Source: Thermoproteota archaeon (GTDB taxonomy: Archaea > Korarchaeota > JAOZGF01 > JAOZFZ01). Taken from it: a stretch of DNA of 64,000 nt. Below the pieces are notes generated by a model. That model was given only the letters and a program-made list of their open reading frames with translations, ran no database searches and had not been told where the DNA came from. A program made the position numbers and the translations under genes. Position 1 is the first letter of the stretch. Every line of letters begins with the position of its first letter. The stretch covers positions 1 to 64,000 of the forward strand of contig JAOZFT010000004.1 in the NCBI GenBank assembly GCA_027492035.1. Reading direction: 5' to 3'. Of the stretch, positions 48,646 to 58,995 are shown in pieces.

Positions 48646-48871
48646 ATTTTATTTTTTTGGAAAGGAAAGAAATACTTTTCTTTAACTTCATATTCTTAAG
48701 TAAAGTTATTTTAGGGTTTTTTGTTTTCTTGTTCATGGCTGATGATGTAAAGTGTCCTTTAAACATTCTTTTTAAATGGGTTCTTACGTAAGTTTCCATT
48801 AGTTAAACAATATTTAATTTTTCTATGTTTTTGGGAGAGGAATGTTCCAGAGGAAAAGAAGGTGAGGAAAA

Positions 48872-49612
48872 TTGAAAGTTTTTGCAGTTTATGGTTTCAA
48901 AGGATCAGGTAAAACAACGGTGGTAAGTAAAGTAATAAGAGAGCTTGGTAAGAGAGGGTATAGGGTTTGTGCGTTCAAAAACACCCATATTTCAGGTTTT
49001 TCCATTGATGAAAGGAATAAAGATACTTGGGTTTTTAGTAGGCATGGAGCAGTGGCTGTGGGAATAAGGGCAGATAGTGAAACATCATTCATTTTTAAAA
49101 AAAAGTTTTCATTGAACGAAATCATCAGTTTCTTGGATTGTGATTACTTAGTACTTGAAGGATTTAGGGATGAAATTGTTCCAAAGATACTTTGTGCAAA
49201 GGACGTTGAGGAGTTGACCAAAAGTTTTCATGAACTTGTTTTTGCAGTTTCAGGTGTAGTGTCTAATACTATAGAAAATTATAAGGGAGTGCCTGTAATC
49301 AATGCTTTGAAGGAAACAGACAGGTTAGTTGATTTAATAGAGAAGAAAGTTTTTCCTAAAATTCCTGAACTGAATTGTGGGAAATGCGGTTTTGGAAACT
49401 GCAGAAATTTTGCGGTGGCTGTGTTGAAGGGTGAAACTCCATTTAAGAAATGTGTTGCTTCATCTTCAAATGTTAGGATTAAGATTAATGGTAGAGATAT
49501 TCCTCTCTCACCGTTTCCAGAGAGGGTGGTGAGGAACGTTATTTTAGGGGTTGTGTCTTCCTTGAAAGGGTACAGGGAAAGGGGAAAGGTGGAAATCAAG
49601 TTGGAGAATTAA
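48872..49612 (+). CDS. mobB: MobB with C-terminal Fe-S domain
   Basis: GFKGSGKTT, KDT, LEGF and LNCGKCG..NC...C. Confidence 0.9.
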   Translation: MKVFAVYGFKGSGKTTVVSKVIRELGKRGYRVCAFKNTHISGFSIDERNKDTWVFSRHGAVAVGIRADSETSFIFKKKFSLNEIISFLDCDYLVLEGFRDEIVPKILCAKDVEELTKSFHELVFAVSGVVSNTIENYKGVPVINALKETDRLVDLIEKKVFPKIPELNCGKCGFGNCRNFAVAVLKGETPFKKCVASSSNVRIKINGRDIPLSPFPERVVRNVILGVVSSLKGYRERGKVEIKLEN

Positions 49613-49629
49613 GAGGGGATTAAAAGTTT

Positions 49630-51738
49630 TTATATTGCGCAGGTTTCACAGTAGTAATCAAGTTCTGAAAGGACGCGGGAGTTCTCCATTTTTTCTAAGG
49701 GGAAGGAAGTTATTACTTGCAGTTTCCTTGAACCATGCCTATAAACAGTTATTCCCTTAGCTCCAAGTTTGTACGCTAACCAGTAAATTTTCTCTACGTC
49801 ATTAGGTGTAGCGTAATGTGGAAGATTTATCGTTTTTGAAACAGAGTTATCTACATATTTTTGGAAAGCTGCCTGTATTTTTACATGCTGTTCTGGAGGT
49901 ATGTCAAATGTCGTCACGAAAAGTTTTCTCACCCTTTTGGGGATTTCCTCCACGTCCTGTATTGAAAGTTTGTTAGCTATTTTCTTGATTAATTCTTCAG
50001 AGTAAAAACCCTCCTTAACAGCTATTGCTTCGAACAATGGATTAATTTCAAGTAGATTTCTACCTAAACTTTCAGCTAAATTCCTCATAAAACAAATAGA
50101 GAACAAAGGTTCTATGCCTGAGGAACAGTTTGCGATTATACTTATTGTTCCTGTTGGCGCTACTGAAGTAACTGTTGCATTCCTGAGGGCTTTGTATCCC
50201 TTTTTATCCCATATGCTTCCCTTGAAATTAGGAAAGCTTCCTTTTTCAAGACCTAACTCAACAGATTTCTTCCTTGCTTCTTCAGAAATAAACTTCATAA
50301 CTTTTTCAGCTATTTTAACAGCTTCCTCTGAAGCGTAGGATATGCCCAGTTTAATAAGCATATCAGCGAAACCCATCACTCCCAGACCTATTTTTCTATT
50401 AGCTTTTGTAGCTCTTTCTATTTGCGGAATAGGGTACTTATTAGCATCAATTACGTTATCCAAAAATTGGACAGCTAACCTAACTGTCTCCCTCAGTTTC
50501 TCCCAATTTATTTGGTTATCCTCCACCATGAGGGACAGATTTATTGAACCTAAGTTGCAGGATTCATAAGGAAGAAGGGGTACTTCACCGCAAGGATTTG
50601 TGCTTTCAATAACGCCTACGTGAGGAGTTGGATTGTACTGGTTTATTCTGTCAATAAATATTAGGCCTGGTTCACCGTTTTTCCAAGCCATTGTAACTAT
50701 CAAGTTCCAAATTGCAAGGGCCTTCAATTTCTTGACAGGTTTATTTGTCCTGGGGTTTATTAATTCAAAGTCCTTACCTTTCTCCACTGCAGACATGAAT
50801 TCATCTGTTACAGCTACAGAAAGATTGAAATTGCTTAAAACCCCCTCTTTTTCTTTAGCAACTATAAAATCGAGAATATCAGGATGGTCAACCCTAAGTA
50901 TTCCCATGTTAGCCCCTCTCCTTTTCCCTCCCTGCTTTATAACATCTGTAGCTACATCAAAAACTCTCATGAAAGAAACAGGACCAGATGCTACACCTCC
51001 GGTTGACCTGACCACGTCTCCCTTAGGCCTAAGCTTTGAGAAAGAAAATCCTGTTCCTCCACCTGATTTTTGGACAAGAGCCATGTATTTCACGGCGTTA
51101 AAAATACTTTCCATGTCATCTTCTACAGGAATTACAAAACAAGCTGATAACTGCCCTAAATCTGTTCCAGCATTCATCAGGGTTGGAGAGTTAGGAAGAA
51201 ACTCAAGTTTAGTCATCATCTTATAAAATTTCTCTTCTAACTTCTTGATTTCTTTCTCATTCTTTTTATACTTCCTTTCAACCTCAGCTATCGTCTTCGC
51301 AACTCTACGGAAAAGTTGAGCTGTAGTTTCAATTACTCTACCGTTTTCATCTTTTCTCAAATATCTTCTTTCAAGGACAAGTATTGAGTTAAGTGGAAGC
51401 TTCAATTCGTCAGTGATCCCTAATGAAGCTTTAACCCTCCTTATTTCAGCCCTTTTCTGCCTGTAAAGGATGTAAGCCTTAGCCGTTTTGTAATGCTTAT
51501 TTTCAACAAGAACTTTCTCCACTAGATCTTGAACCTGTTCAACACTAGGTATTTCGCCTGGTTTCAACTTTTTCTTAAGCAATTCTACAACTTGGCCAGC
51601 TAATTCTTCCGCCTTCTTTCTATCTTTCCCACCTACAGCCTTAGCAGCTTTCCATATTGCCTCAGTTATTTTTTCTTTGCGAAAAGGAACTTTCCTTCCA
51701 TCTCTTTTAATTATTTCTTTTATTTCCCCGCTTTCCAA
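49630..51738 (-). CDS. nrdJ: Class II (AdoCbl-dependent) ribonucleotide reductase with N-terminal ATP cone
   Basis: IIKRDGR ATP cone, [36 protein letters not shown] and C-terminal CETC. Confidence 0.95.
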   Translation of the reverse strand: MESGEIKEIIKRDGRKVPFRKEKITEAIWKAAKAVGGKDRKKAEELAGQVVELLKKKLKPGEIPSVEQVQDLVEKVLVENKHYKTAKAYILYRQKRAEIRRVKASLGITDELKLPLNSILVLERRYLRKDENGRVIETTAQLFRRVAKTIAEVERKYKKNEKEIKKLEEKFYKMMTKLEFLPNSPTLMNAGTDLGQLSACFVIPVEDDMESIFNAVKYMALVQKSGGGTGFSFSKLRPKGDVVRSTGGVASGPVSFMRVFDVATDVIKQGGKRRGANMGILRVDHPDILDFIVAKEKEGVLSNFNLSVAVTDEFMSAVEKGKDFELINPRTNKPVKKLKALAIWNLIVTMAWKNGEPGLIFIDRINQYNPTPHVGVIESTNPCGEVPLLPYESCNLGSINLSLMVEDNQINWEKLRETVRLAVQFLDNVIDANKYPIPQIERATKANRKIGLGVMGFADMLIKLGISYASEEAVKIAEKVMKFISEEARKKSVELGLEKGSFPNFKGSIWDKKGYKALRNATVTSVAPTGTISIIANCSSGIEPLFSICFMRNLAESLGRNLLEINPLFEAIAVKEGFYSEELIKKIANKLSIQDVEEIPKRVRKLFVTTFDIPPEQHVKIQAAFQKYVDNSVSKTINLPHYATPNDVEKIYWLAYKLGAKGITVYRHGSRKLQVITSFPLEKMENSRVLSELDYYCETCAI

Positions 51739-52062
51739 TTAAGCCACCTAGAAAACAAAGATTTCAAAGATGAAAATTTTTTTAAGGGGGAAGCTGCCGA
51801 GAAAGGAACATGATTCAAATACACAACTACTTTACTTACGTGAATAATAAAGGCACCCAAGAAAAAGGGGGTATACCTAAGAATTTTAAAACTTTTCTGA
51901 TTTGAAAAAAATTTACCTGTTACAAGTAAAGATAAACGAAAAGAAAAACTCGAAGGAGGAGAAAAATAAAAATTAATTAGTGAAACACAAATAAGAAACG
52001 TTGCAAGTTTTTGAAAAACAGAAATTTCTTCAGGAAAAAAGGAAAAAGGAGAGAGGTTCCAT

Positions 52063-52794
52063 TTGAAAGAAAAACTCTCAGAAAAAATGCCAGAAATTTG
52101 CTTAACAATTACTTCGATAATGATTGCTATTGTGTTTGCAATAATTTACATTGTTAAATGTTCGCAGCCTATTAAACTAGACTTCACGGGTTTTATTGAA
52201 AACATAGGAAACAAGATTATTGATTTAATAGAGGTAACAGGTTATCCAGGAATCCTTTTTCTCATGGTTCTGGAAAGCGCCTTAATGCCAATACCCAGTG
52301 AAATAGTTATGCCCTTTTCAGGTTACTTAGTTCTACAGGGGAAACTAAACTTTACAGGAGTAGTTTTAGCCGGTTCGATTGGAAATTTAATAGGATCCCT
52401 TTTATCCTACTTGATAGGGTTAAAGTATGGAAGAAACTTCCTTGTAAAATACGGAAAATTCCTTTTGATAAAGAAGGAACATTTAGAGCTTGCAGAGAAA
52501 TGGTTTAAGAAATACGGAGACAGAACTGTTTTATTCAGCCGGCTACTGCCAGTAATAAGAACTGTTATTTCATTACCAGCTGGAATAGGAAAGATGGAGG
52601 GGGGTAGATTTACTTTATATACAATAGTTGGAGTGGTACCCTGGTGCTGCTTCCTAACCTATGCAGGAATTTTGTTAGGGAAAAATTGGACATGGATAGA
52701 GAAAATTTTACATAACGCCTCTATAACGATTACACTCCTCCTAATAGCTGCTTTAATAGTTTACTTTTTAAAGAAAAACATAATGCAAGGCTAA
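52063..52794 (+). CDS. DedA family membrane protein
   Basis: LESALMPIPSEIV, F..YG....F.SRLLP.IRT.IS.PAG. Confidence 0.92.
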   Translation: MKEKLSEKMPEICLTITSIMIAIVFAIIYIVKCSQPIKLDFTGFIENIGNKIIDLIEVTGYPGILFLMVLESALMPIPSEIVMPFSGYLVLQGKLNFTGVVLAGSIGNLIGSLLSYLIGLKYGRNFLVKYGKFLLIKKEHLELAEKWFKKYGDRTVLFSRLLPVIRTVISLPAGIGKMEGGRFTLYTIVGVVPWCCFLTYAGILLGKNWTWIEKILHNASITITLLLIAALIVYFLKKNIMQG

Positions 52795-53003
52795 TTTACT
52801 TGTGTAGTTCCTTTCTTAATATTTAACTCCAGAAAAAGTGGAGATAAAGTTAAGGAAAAACAGAAAATAATAAGTTCCCTTTAACAACAGTATTATTTAT
52901 AGTTTTGCCCTTTTTTATTACTTCTTGAAAAGGAACCTAAATTTCTTCTCAGCTAAATTTTTCTCACAAGTTTCAGAAAATTCCATTCAATTTTAAACTG
53001 GAA

Positions 53004-54167
53004 GTGTTGAAGATGGGGGAAGTCCTAGTTGGAACATCGGGTTGGAGTTACGTTGAGTGGGTAGGACCCTTTTACAAAGAAGAAAAGGGAATGTTAAAGT
53101 TTTACTCCTCAATTTTTTCTTCTACAGAGGTTAATTCAACTTTCTACGCCTTGCCCCCCAAATGGATGGCTTTCAACTGGATAAAAAACACCAGTGAAGG
53201 ATTTCTTTTTTCTTTAAAGATTCCTAGACAGATTACTCACAAGTTGAAACTTGAAAACGCCGAAAAAAGCTTAAACGAATTTCTGTCTTTAATTGATCCT
53301 TTAGCTAAAAAAGGTAGACTCGGAGCCTTTCTTATTCAGTTACCCCCCAAACAAGAGCGTGACACAGAGAAATTGGAATCCTTCCTTTCAATTCTACCAG
53401 AGAAGTTCAGTTTTGCTGTTGAGTTCAGACATTTAAGTTGGCTTGAGGAGGAGGTTTTTAAGATTTTAGAGAAATATAACGTGTCTTATACAGTTGTCGA
53501 TGAACCCCTTCTTCCCCCTTTAGTGAAAGTCACTAGCGATTTTAGTTACGTAAGGTTTCATGGGAGAGGCAGGAAATATTGGTATAATTACCTTTACTTA
53601 GAGAAAGAATTGAAGGAGTGGGTTCCTAGAATTGAAGATTTGAAAAATCAGGTTAAGAGGATTTATGTTTATTTTAATAACCATTTCAAGGGTTATGCTC
53701 CGAAGAACGCTTTAGAACTTTTGAACATGCTTGGAACCCCCTCAAATAAAGAAATGAGGGATGTAAAGAATAGACTTGATAAATGGTTTGAAACAGGAGA
53801 AGTAGTTATTAGGCCTATACTTACAAAATTGCCTTCGAAAGGAAAGATTGGATTAAAGGAATTATTGGAGGTTTTCACGGATAGAAGAAGGTTAGAGAGA
53901 GCAAGGAAAATAGAATGTGGGGAAGTGAGGTTTTTAAAAGCAGATGAAAATTTAATCGAGGGAAAAGTTAAGGATTACACCGTAATAATTGACTTAAAGA
54001 ATAAAGTTTTAAGTCATGATTGCGCCGATTGGGGCAAAGTATGTTTAAAAAAGCTTTTTTGTAAACATGTGGCAGCTTTTTTCTTAAACATGAAGACGAA
54101 AAAATCTAAACAAACACTTATGAAAATTTATGAGGAAAGGGGTGACTGGAAGTTTAAGCCTTTATGA
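53004..54167 (+). CDS. DUF72 (UPF0759) protein with C-terminal SWIM-like zinc finger
   Basis: GTSGWSY..W, EVNSTFY, QLPP, EFRH.SW, VRFHG, Y.Y...EL..W and FNNH; tail HDCADW......FCKH. Confidence 0.88.
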   Translation: MLKMGEVLVGTSGWSYVEWVGPFYKEEKGMLKFYSSIFSSTEVNSTFYALPPKWMAFNWIKNTSEGFLFSLKIPRQITHKLKLENAEKSLNEFLSLIDPLAKKGRLGAFLIQLPPKQERDTEKLESFLSILPEKFSFAVEFRHLSWLEEEVFKILEKYNVSYTVVDEPLLPPLVKVTSDFSYVRFHGRGRKYWYNYLYLEKELKEWVPRIEDLKNQVKRIYVYFNNHFKGYAPKNALELLNMLGTPSNKEMRDVKNRLDKWFETGEVVIRPILTKLPSKGKIGLKELLEVFTDRRRLERARKIECGEVRFLKADENLIEGKVKDYTVIIDLKNKVLSHDCADWGKVCLKKLFCKHVAAFFLNMKTKKSKQTLMKIYEERGDWKFKPL

Positions 54168-54176
54168 TTCAGTTAC

Positions 54177-54467
54177 TTAAAAATTTTTTAATTCTTTATT
54201 TAGCAGTTCAGCCATTATATGGCTTGTTACCTCAACATACACCTGCGATACCCCCTCTATTTTGGAAATCCTTTCTTTAATTTCTTTACCTATCATTAAA
54301 GCAAAAGCAGGTGGACAAAAAGGTGAAGTTAAGTGAAACTTTACTTTAATAGTACTATTTCTAATTTTTACTTCATCCACTAATTTCAACTCTGTAATAG
54401 GTACACCTATTTCAGGATCTAAAACTTTACTTAATTCTTGAAGGATCTGGTTTTCAGTAACCGTCAT
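54177..54467 (-). CDS. DUF59/SufT-like Fe-S assembly factor
   Basis: V.DPEI...I.EL.LV and LTSPFCP. Confidence 0.9.
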   Translation of the reverse strand: MTVTENQILQELSKVLDPEIGVPITELKLVDEVKIRNSTIKVKFHLTSPFCPPAFALMIGKEIKERISKIEGVSQVYVEVTSHIMAELLNKELKNF

Positions 54468-54570
54468 AATTATTTCACCTCTTTAGGCTTCTTCTTCCCC
54501 TCTAACCAAAAAAATGAAACTCAATATTTAAAAAAAGTGAATATTCCTTTTCACAAAGGAGGTAGGGATT

Positions 54571-55134
54571 ATGGAAAGCTTGATTGAAGAGATTTTGCAG
54601 TGGGGCAAAATTATTTATGAAAGAGGGCTTGTTTCGGGAAGGAACGGAAGCATCAGTGCAAGAGTTGGAGATTTCATGTACATCACAAAAAGAGATACAC
54701 CCCTCTTTATGCTCAAACAGGAAGATATAATGACTTTTCTGATTTCGAAAGATGAAAAAAACTCTGATTCTGGAATTGACGTCATTGTTCATAGGGAAAT
54801 TTATAGAAACTCTAAATTTAATGCCATCATTAAAGTTTACCCCTTGTATTGCATGGTTTATTCAACTGTTTTTAACCAGCTTGAAACTACTGGTTTACCC
54901 TACAAACTTACTAAAAACTTGGGAGTAGTGCCTGTTTTAAAGTTTGAAAACATTCAAAAACTGGTTCATGAAGTAGTGAGGAGTTTAGGGAGGAGTAAAT
55001 TGCTGATGATTCATTCGTATGGAGTGTTGAGCACAGGTTTTGATTTAAGGGAGTGTTTTAATCAAGTTGAAGAGCTTGAGTCCTTTCTTAAGTTTAAGTT
55101 TATGTTAAAACTTGGACAAGGTCTTCAAAAATAA
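54571..55134 (+). CDS. Class II aldolase/adducin family protein, metal ligands degenerate
   Basis: GLV....G.IS.R...IT, H..IY and G..L..C...E..E; HxH replaced by KVY. Confidence 0.75.
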   Translation: MESLIEEILQWGKIIYERGLVSGRNGSISARVGDFMYITKRDTPLFMLKQEDIMTFLISKDEKNSDSGIDVIVHREIYRNSKFNAIIKVYPLYCMVYSTVFNQLETTGLPYKLTKNLGVVPVLKFENIQKLVHEVVRSLGRSKLLMIHSYGVLSTGFDLRECFNQVEELESFLKFKFMLKLGQGLQK

Positions 55135-55306
55135 AGCAGTTTAGATTTTCAGAGGATGAAAGGCCCCTTTTAGTTGATTAGCTATTTTATTTTTTCTTTT
55201 TGACGAAAACTCCTTTTTTGAACAGTTTCCAAAACAAAAAACTTTATATACGGACTCTTCCTTTTGAGAAAAGCAAGTTTTCCTTTTTCTAAGGTGAACT
55301 GTTAAA

Positions 55307-56014
55307 ATGTTAAAAAAGAAATTTTTTAAGTTCCTTGTAACAGTATTGGCTTCTGCCCTCTTATTAGCTACGTTAATGCCTCCATGTTTTTCTTTTCAAG
55401 AAATTGACTTATCTAACCGCTTCTACCTTGTCCAGAGCCAGAAAGTTCTTGTCATAACAGGTGACAACCCTGTGCCTGAAGATTTAAAAGCTGCCCAATT
55501 GGTTGCTGATTCTTTGAAGGAGAAAGGGAACTCTTCTGTTGAAATAGTTTCAGTTTCCCAAGTAAATAAGGAAGAGATAGAAACAAATAACTTGGTTTTA
55601 ATAGGGGGTCCCTTAAGCAATTTCTGGTACTACAGGTTACAATCACACTTCTCTTCATGGTTGACATATTACAAGGACAAGTGGACACTTGCAATTTCAG
55701 GTGTTCTCATTCAACATTTAAACAGCGGTTTCATAGATTTAGAAGTTAATCCCTATAATAGCAACAAGTTTGTTTTCATTGTCGCTGGAATGACTAGAAA
55801 TGGGACTCTTGCTGCAGGAATGGCTTTTGCAGAGTCTGATTTGTTAGCAAACAAAATAACAATTGTCAACTTTGTTGAAGGAGGTTATAAAGAAGTGATG
55901 TGCTTACCTTGGTTGGATGAGACAGTTAGAGAGAGACTGCAGTTAACACTTCCAGTAATGGGAAGCCTTTCCAGGACAGTCTTTGTTTTAACAAATTTTA
56001 AATTGATAGGTTGA
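55307..56014 (+). CDS. Secreted S-layer-associated domain protein
   Basis: Signal peptide; D..AA..VA, NLVLIGGPLSN and NPYN....IVAG..R.GT..A. Confidence 0.75.
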   Translation: MLKKKFFKFLVTVLASALLLATLMPPCFSFQEIDLSNRFYLVQSQKVLVITGDNPVPEDLKAAQLVADSLKEKGNSSVEIVSVSQVNKEEIETNNLVLIGGPLSNFWYYRLQSHFSSWLTYYKDKWTLAISGVLIQHLNSGFIDLEVNPYNSNKFVFIVAGMTRNGTLAAGMAFAESDLLANKITIVNFVEGGYKEVMCLPWLDETVRERLQLTLPVMGSLSRTVFVLTNFKLIG

Positions 56015-56021
56015 AAAGTTT

Positions 56022-57587
56022 TCAGGAGGATTTCACATACTCCAACTTAACCCCTTTCTTTAATAACTTAATTAGTGTCCTCCCTTCCCTTGATCTTCTC
56101 TTAATTTTTATTTTTCCATCAGAGCCGCAGTGAGCAGTGAAAATATATCTTCCGTCAGCATAAATATCTGTTTCACTGTTTTCAAAGCCTCCAGGAAGCT
56201 TTAGAACAATCATTCCACGGATGATTTTGTAATATTCTTCTTCCTCTTCTTTAATAGGCATAACAACAACTTCTTCACCGAAAGAGTAAAGTTCATAGTC
56301 TAACTCACCTGTTGAGAGATCTCTTACCTCAATAACTGGACGTGACAACGCCCTGTCTGTGAAACCAGTTGGAACCTTTGTTTTTATTTGGAGAGTGTAA
56401 ACTTTCTCTATTCTCCCTTCTTTAATAAATATGACTGTATCAACTATTTGAGGAATCATGCCTAGCTCTACTCTTCCTATCAGTCTCTGTATAGCATCAA
56501 CTGGTGAGGAAGCATGAGTCACCCCTATCATCCCTACACCTGCTAACCTCATATCGGTGTAAACTTCAAAATCTGATGTTTTCCTCATTTCATCAAATAC
56601 TGTGTAATCAGGCCTTACAAGCAGCAGCACATCCGCTGTTTTAGACATGTCACCCTTTATTGAAGTGTACTGACTTACTTGTGGGGGCACAACTAAATCT
56701 CTTGGACTTTCCATTGTTTTAACGATTTTACCCTTTTTGAAGTACCATTCAGCTAAAGCTTGAGCAAACGTGGTTTTACCTGCTCCAGGGGGGCCTGAAA
56801 TAAGTATTCCTTCCGCTTTTTCACCTAGTCTTTTAATTAGTTTTCTTGACATGTCGTAATCTTCCAGTTTCACTTTCACAATCGGCCTTACGGCTGTTAT
56901 TTCAAGCCTTTCAGAGAAAGGAGGAACAGCTATTACTATTCTGTACTGGTGGAGTTGAATAACTGAAACCCCTTCTTCGTCTATCTCCACGAAACTATAG
57001 GGGTCTCTCCCTACCTTTTCTAGTATTTCAATAATCATTGCCTTCATTTCTTCAGTAGTTAACTCTTTATCAGACAGTTTAACCAGTCTCCATTTCCCAG
57101 GCTCCCCCTTTTTAGCTAACGGCTTACACCCTTCTTTCAAATGGATACTCATGACACCAGGTTCGAAAAATTTCTCTATAAAAGTGTTTCTGGTTTCAGG
57201 CCTTATTAAAATACTTTTCACCCCTTCAAGTTCAGCTATTTTACTTGTTACAAATTTAGCTGTTAAGAGAGTAGCGTTGTTTTTTTTGGCTATTTCTCTG
57301 CTTACTCTTGAAGCTGTTTTTTCGTTAACTTCCCCTTGAGTAAGTGGTTCATAGATTTCTAGGTTTATTATTCCCTCCTCATGGCATTTTTTCAATTTTT
57401 CCAGTTCATCTAAAGCACTTAAGCTTCGAGTCTTACCCTTCAAAAATTCTTGTTCCGTTAACCTTAAAACCTCAGAGGGAATTATTAGGTCCCCCCTGAT
57501 TTTTTTGGACCTGAAGTAATCCGAAACAAAGGAGTTGTAGATTGATGAATAATCTGCTACATAAACTTGTTGCACTCTGGTTCCCAT
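56022..57587 (-). CDS. PIN-domain ATPase (PINA, PINc/VapC family ATPase)
   Basis: N-terminal PIN-like domain; MSIHLKEG, EITAVRP, GPPGAGKTTFAQAL, RPDYTVFDEMR and HA. Confidence 0.92.
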   Translation of the reverse strand: MGTRVQQVYVADYSSIYNSFVSDYFRSKKIRGDLIIPSEVLRLTEQEFLKGKTRSLSALDELEKLKKCHEEGIINLEIYEPLTQGEVNEKTASRVSREIAKKNNATLLTAKFVTSKIAELEGVKSILIRPETRNTFIEKFFEPGVMSIHLKEGCKPLAKKGEPGKWRLVKLSDKELTTEEMKAMIIEILEKVGRDPYSFVEIDEEGVSVIQLHQYRIVIAVPPFSERLEITAVRPIVKVKLEDYDMSRKLIKRLGEKAEGILISGPPGAGKTTFAQALAEWYFKKGKIVKTMESPRDLVVPPQVSQYTSIKGDMSKTADVLLLVRPDYTVFDEMRKTSDFEVYTDMRLAGVGMIGVTHASSPVDAIQRLIGRVELGMIPQIVDTVIFIKEGRIEKVYTLQIKTKVPTGFTDRALSRPVIEVRDLSTGELDYELYSFGEEVVVMPIKEEEEEYYKIIRGMIVLKLPGGFENSETDIYADGRYIFTAHCGSDGKIKIKRRSREGRTLIKLLKKGVKLEYVKSS

Positions 57588-57612
57588 TTCACTTGTTCCC
57601 CCATTCCAATAG

Positions 57613-58125
57613 TTAGAGACCTTTTAGTAATATTTCTTCCTTGAAGTTTTCAAAAAGTTGTTTTCTCCTTTTTAGTTCAGGTATTTTTTCAGTGAAAACC
57701 TCTGAACCATAAACCCTTTCTATTAACTTAAAAGCCAATTCAATAATTTCAACAGCGTCTTTAAAAAAGTTTAGTGTTCGCATCTCGACATTTCTAGCCA
57801 GTATCTTTACCTTATCCCCTTCCCTTATAAGTAATTCATCAAAATAGAGATTTCCTTTATCATCCTCCTTCATTTGGGCGTCAACAGAGAAGAGGGATGG
57901 GTTACCGCTTTCATCAATAAATAAGTGTCCACTGTAAAAACCTTCATTATAGAGAGCAATACACGCATTTAACAAATCAATTATTACTGACTCAAAATGG
58001 ATCCTGAATTGTTTAACGAAAGGGTTCAGTGTTTTGCCTGAATCAAGTCTGTTAAGGGATAGTTTAAGCGTACAAATTATTCCTTTATCCCTTTTTAGTT
58101 CAAAGTTTTCCAGGGTGAAAAACAA
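57613..58125 (-). CDS. Hypothetical protein
   Basis: 170-aa ORF with GAGG RBS, co-oriented upstream of PINA. Confidence 0.65.
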   Translation of the reverse strand: MFFTLENFELKRDKGIICTLKLSLNRLDSGKTLNPFVKQFRIHFESVIIDLLNACIALYNEGFYSGHLFIDESGNPSLFSVDAQMKEDDKGNLYFDELLIREGDKVKILARNVEMRTLNFFKDAVEIIELAFKLIERVYGSEVFTEKIPELKRRKQLFENFKEEILLKGL

Positions 58126-58239
58126 ATTTTTTAACCTCTAAACTTACTTTTCCTTTTGAACCTTATTTAAATCCTCTTTCCACTCTTTCTTTTTAAATCC
58201 GTTACTTTTTGTTAAGGTTGATGCAGGTGGGAGGGTAAG

Positions 58240-58815
58240 ATGAAGAATTGGAAGAGAGGGGTGCGAGTTTTAGGTGTTGCTGAATCCTTTGCAAAGAAGG
58301 AGAAATTTTCTTGGGTTGTGGGAGTTGTTATGAAACCGAACCTTTTCATTGACGGAGTTAAGTTTGTTAATTTAACTGTTGGGGGGCTGGATGGAACAGA
58401 GAAAATAATTAAGTTGATTAAAAAATTTAACCGAAACGACATAAGGGTTTTGATGTTTAATGGCTGCGTTATAAGTTGGTTTAACATTATTTCGCTTCCA
58501 GAGATTTACGAAGAGTTCAGAATTCCCTTAGTTTGTGTAACTTACAATGAATCAGAGGGATTAGAGAAATTTTTGAAGGAGTACTTCCCTTCATCTTATA
58601 AGCAAAGGCTGAAACTTTATTTGGAGAACGGACCGAGAGAAAAGGTGAAATTGAAAACCGGTAAAGAGGTTTTTCTTAGATTTTTAGGTTTAAATAGAGA
58701 GGAGGCTGCGGAATTAGTAAATCTTTTCACTGTACAAGGGAAGAAACCTGAACCTTTGAGAGTAGCTAATTTAATAGCTAGAGAGTTAAGGCTAACTGTT
58801 AAGGAGAGTAAATAA
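58240..58815 (+). CDS. DUF99 (UPF0215, endonuclease V-like) protein
   Basis: RVLGVAESF, GG.D.T, G...SWFN and PEPLRVA. Confidence 0.88.
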   Translation: MKNWKRGVRVLGVAESFAKKEKFSWVVGVVMKPNLFIDGVKFVNLTVGGLDGTEKIIKLIKKFNRNDIRVLMFNGCVISWFNIISLPEIYEEFRIPLVCVTYNESEGLEKFLKEYFPSSYKQRLKLYLENGPREKVKLKTGKEVFLRFLGLNREEAAELVNLFTVQGKKPEPLRVANLIARELRLTVKESK

Positions 58816-58995
58816 TTTAATTGTTTAGGAAACTTTTCTGAATGTTTCCAAAGGTAACTTTTTTAAAAAAAATTGAAAAAAGAACCTTGGAAAAAGAAAG
58901 TATTGTTTTCAATCCCCTAAGCTTTTTTTAAGAAAAAGAAGCAATACAGATACCTTTTTTCAACAGTACTTTTTGTTAAAAAAGAGGCTTCATCC

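Noticed and set aside
48640-48740. Short minus-strand ORF upstream of ftsZ as a cdrS homologue
   Set aside because: About 34 aa, Lys-rich, with no ribbon-helix-helix pattern.
49630-52062. Intein in nrdJ, or a cobalamin riboswitch/NrdR box upstream of it
   Set aside because: The protein is colinear and of normal length with no intein motifs; the upstream DNA shows no B12-box or convincing NrdR consensus.
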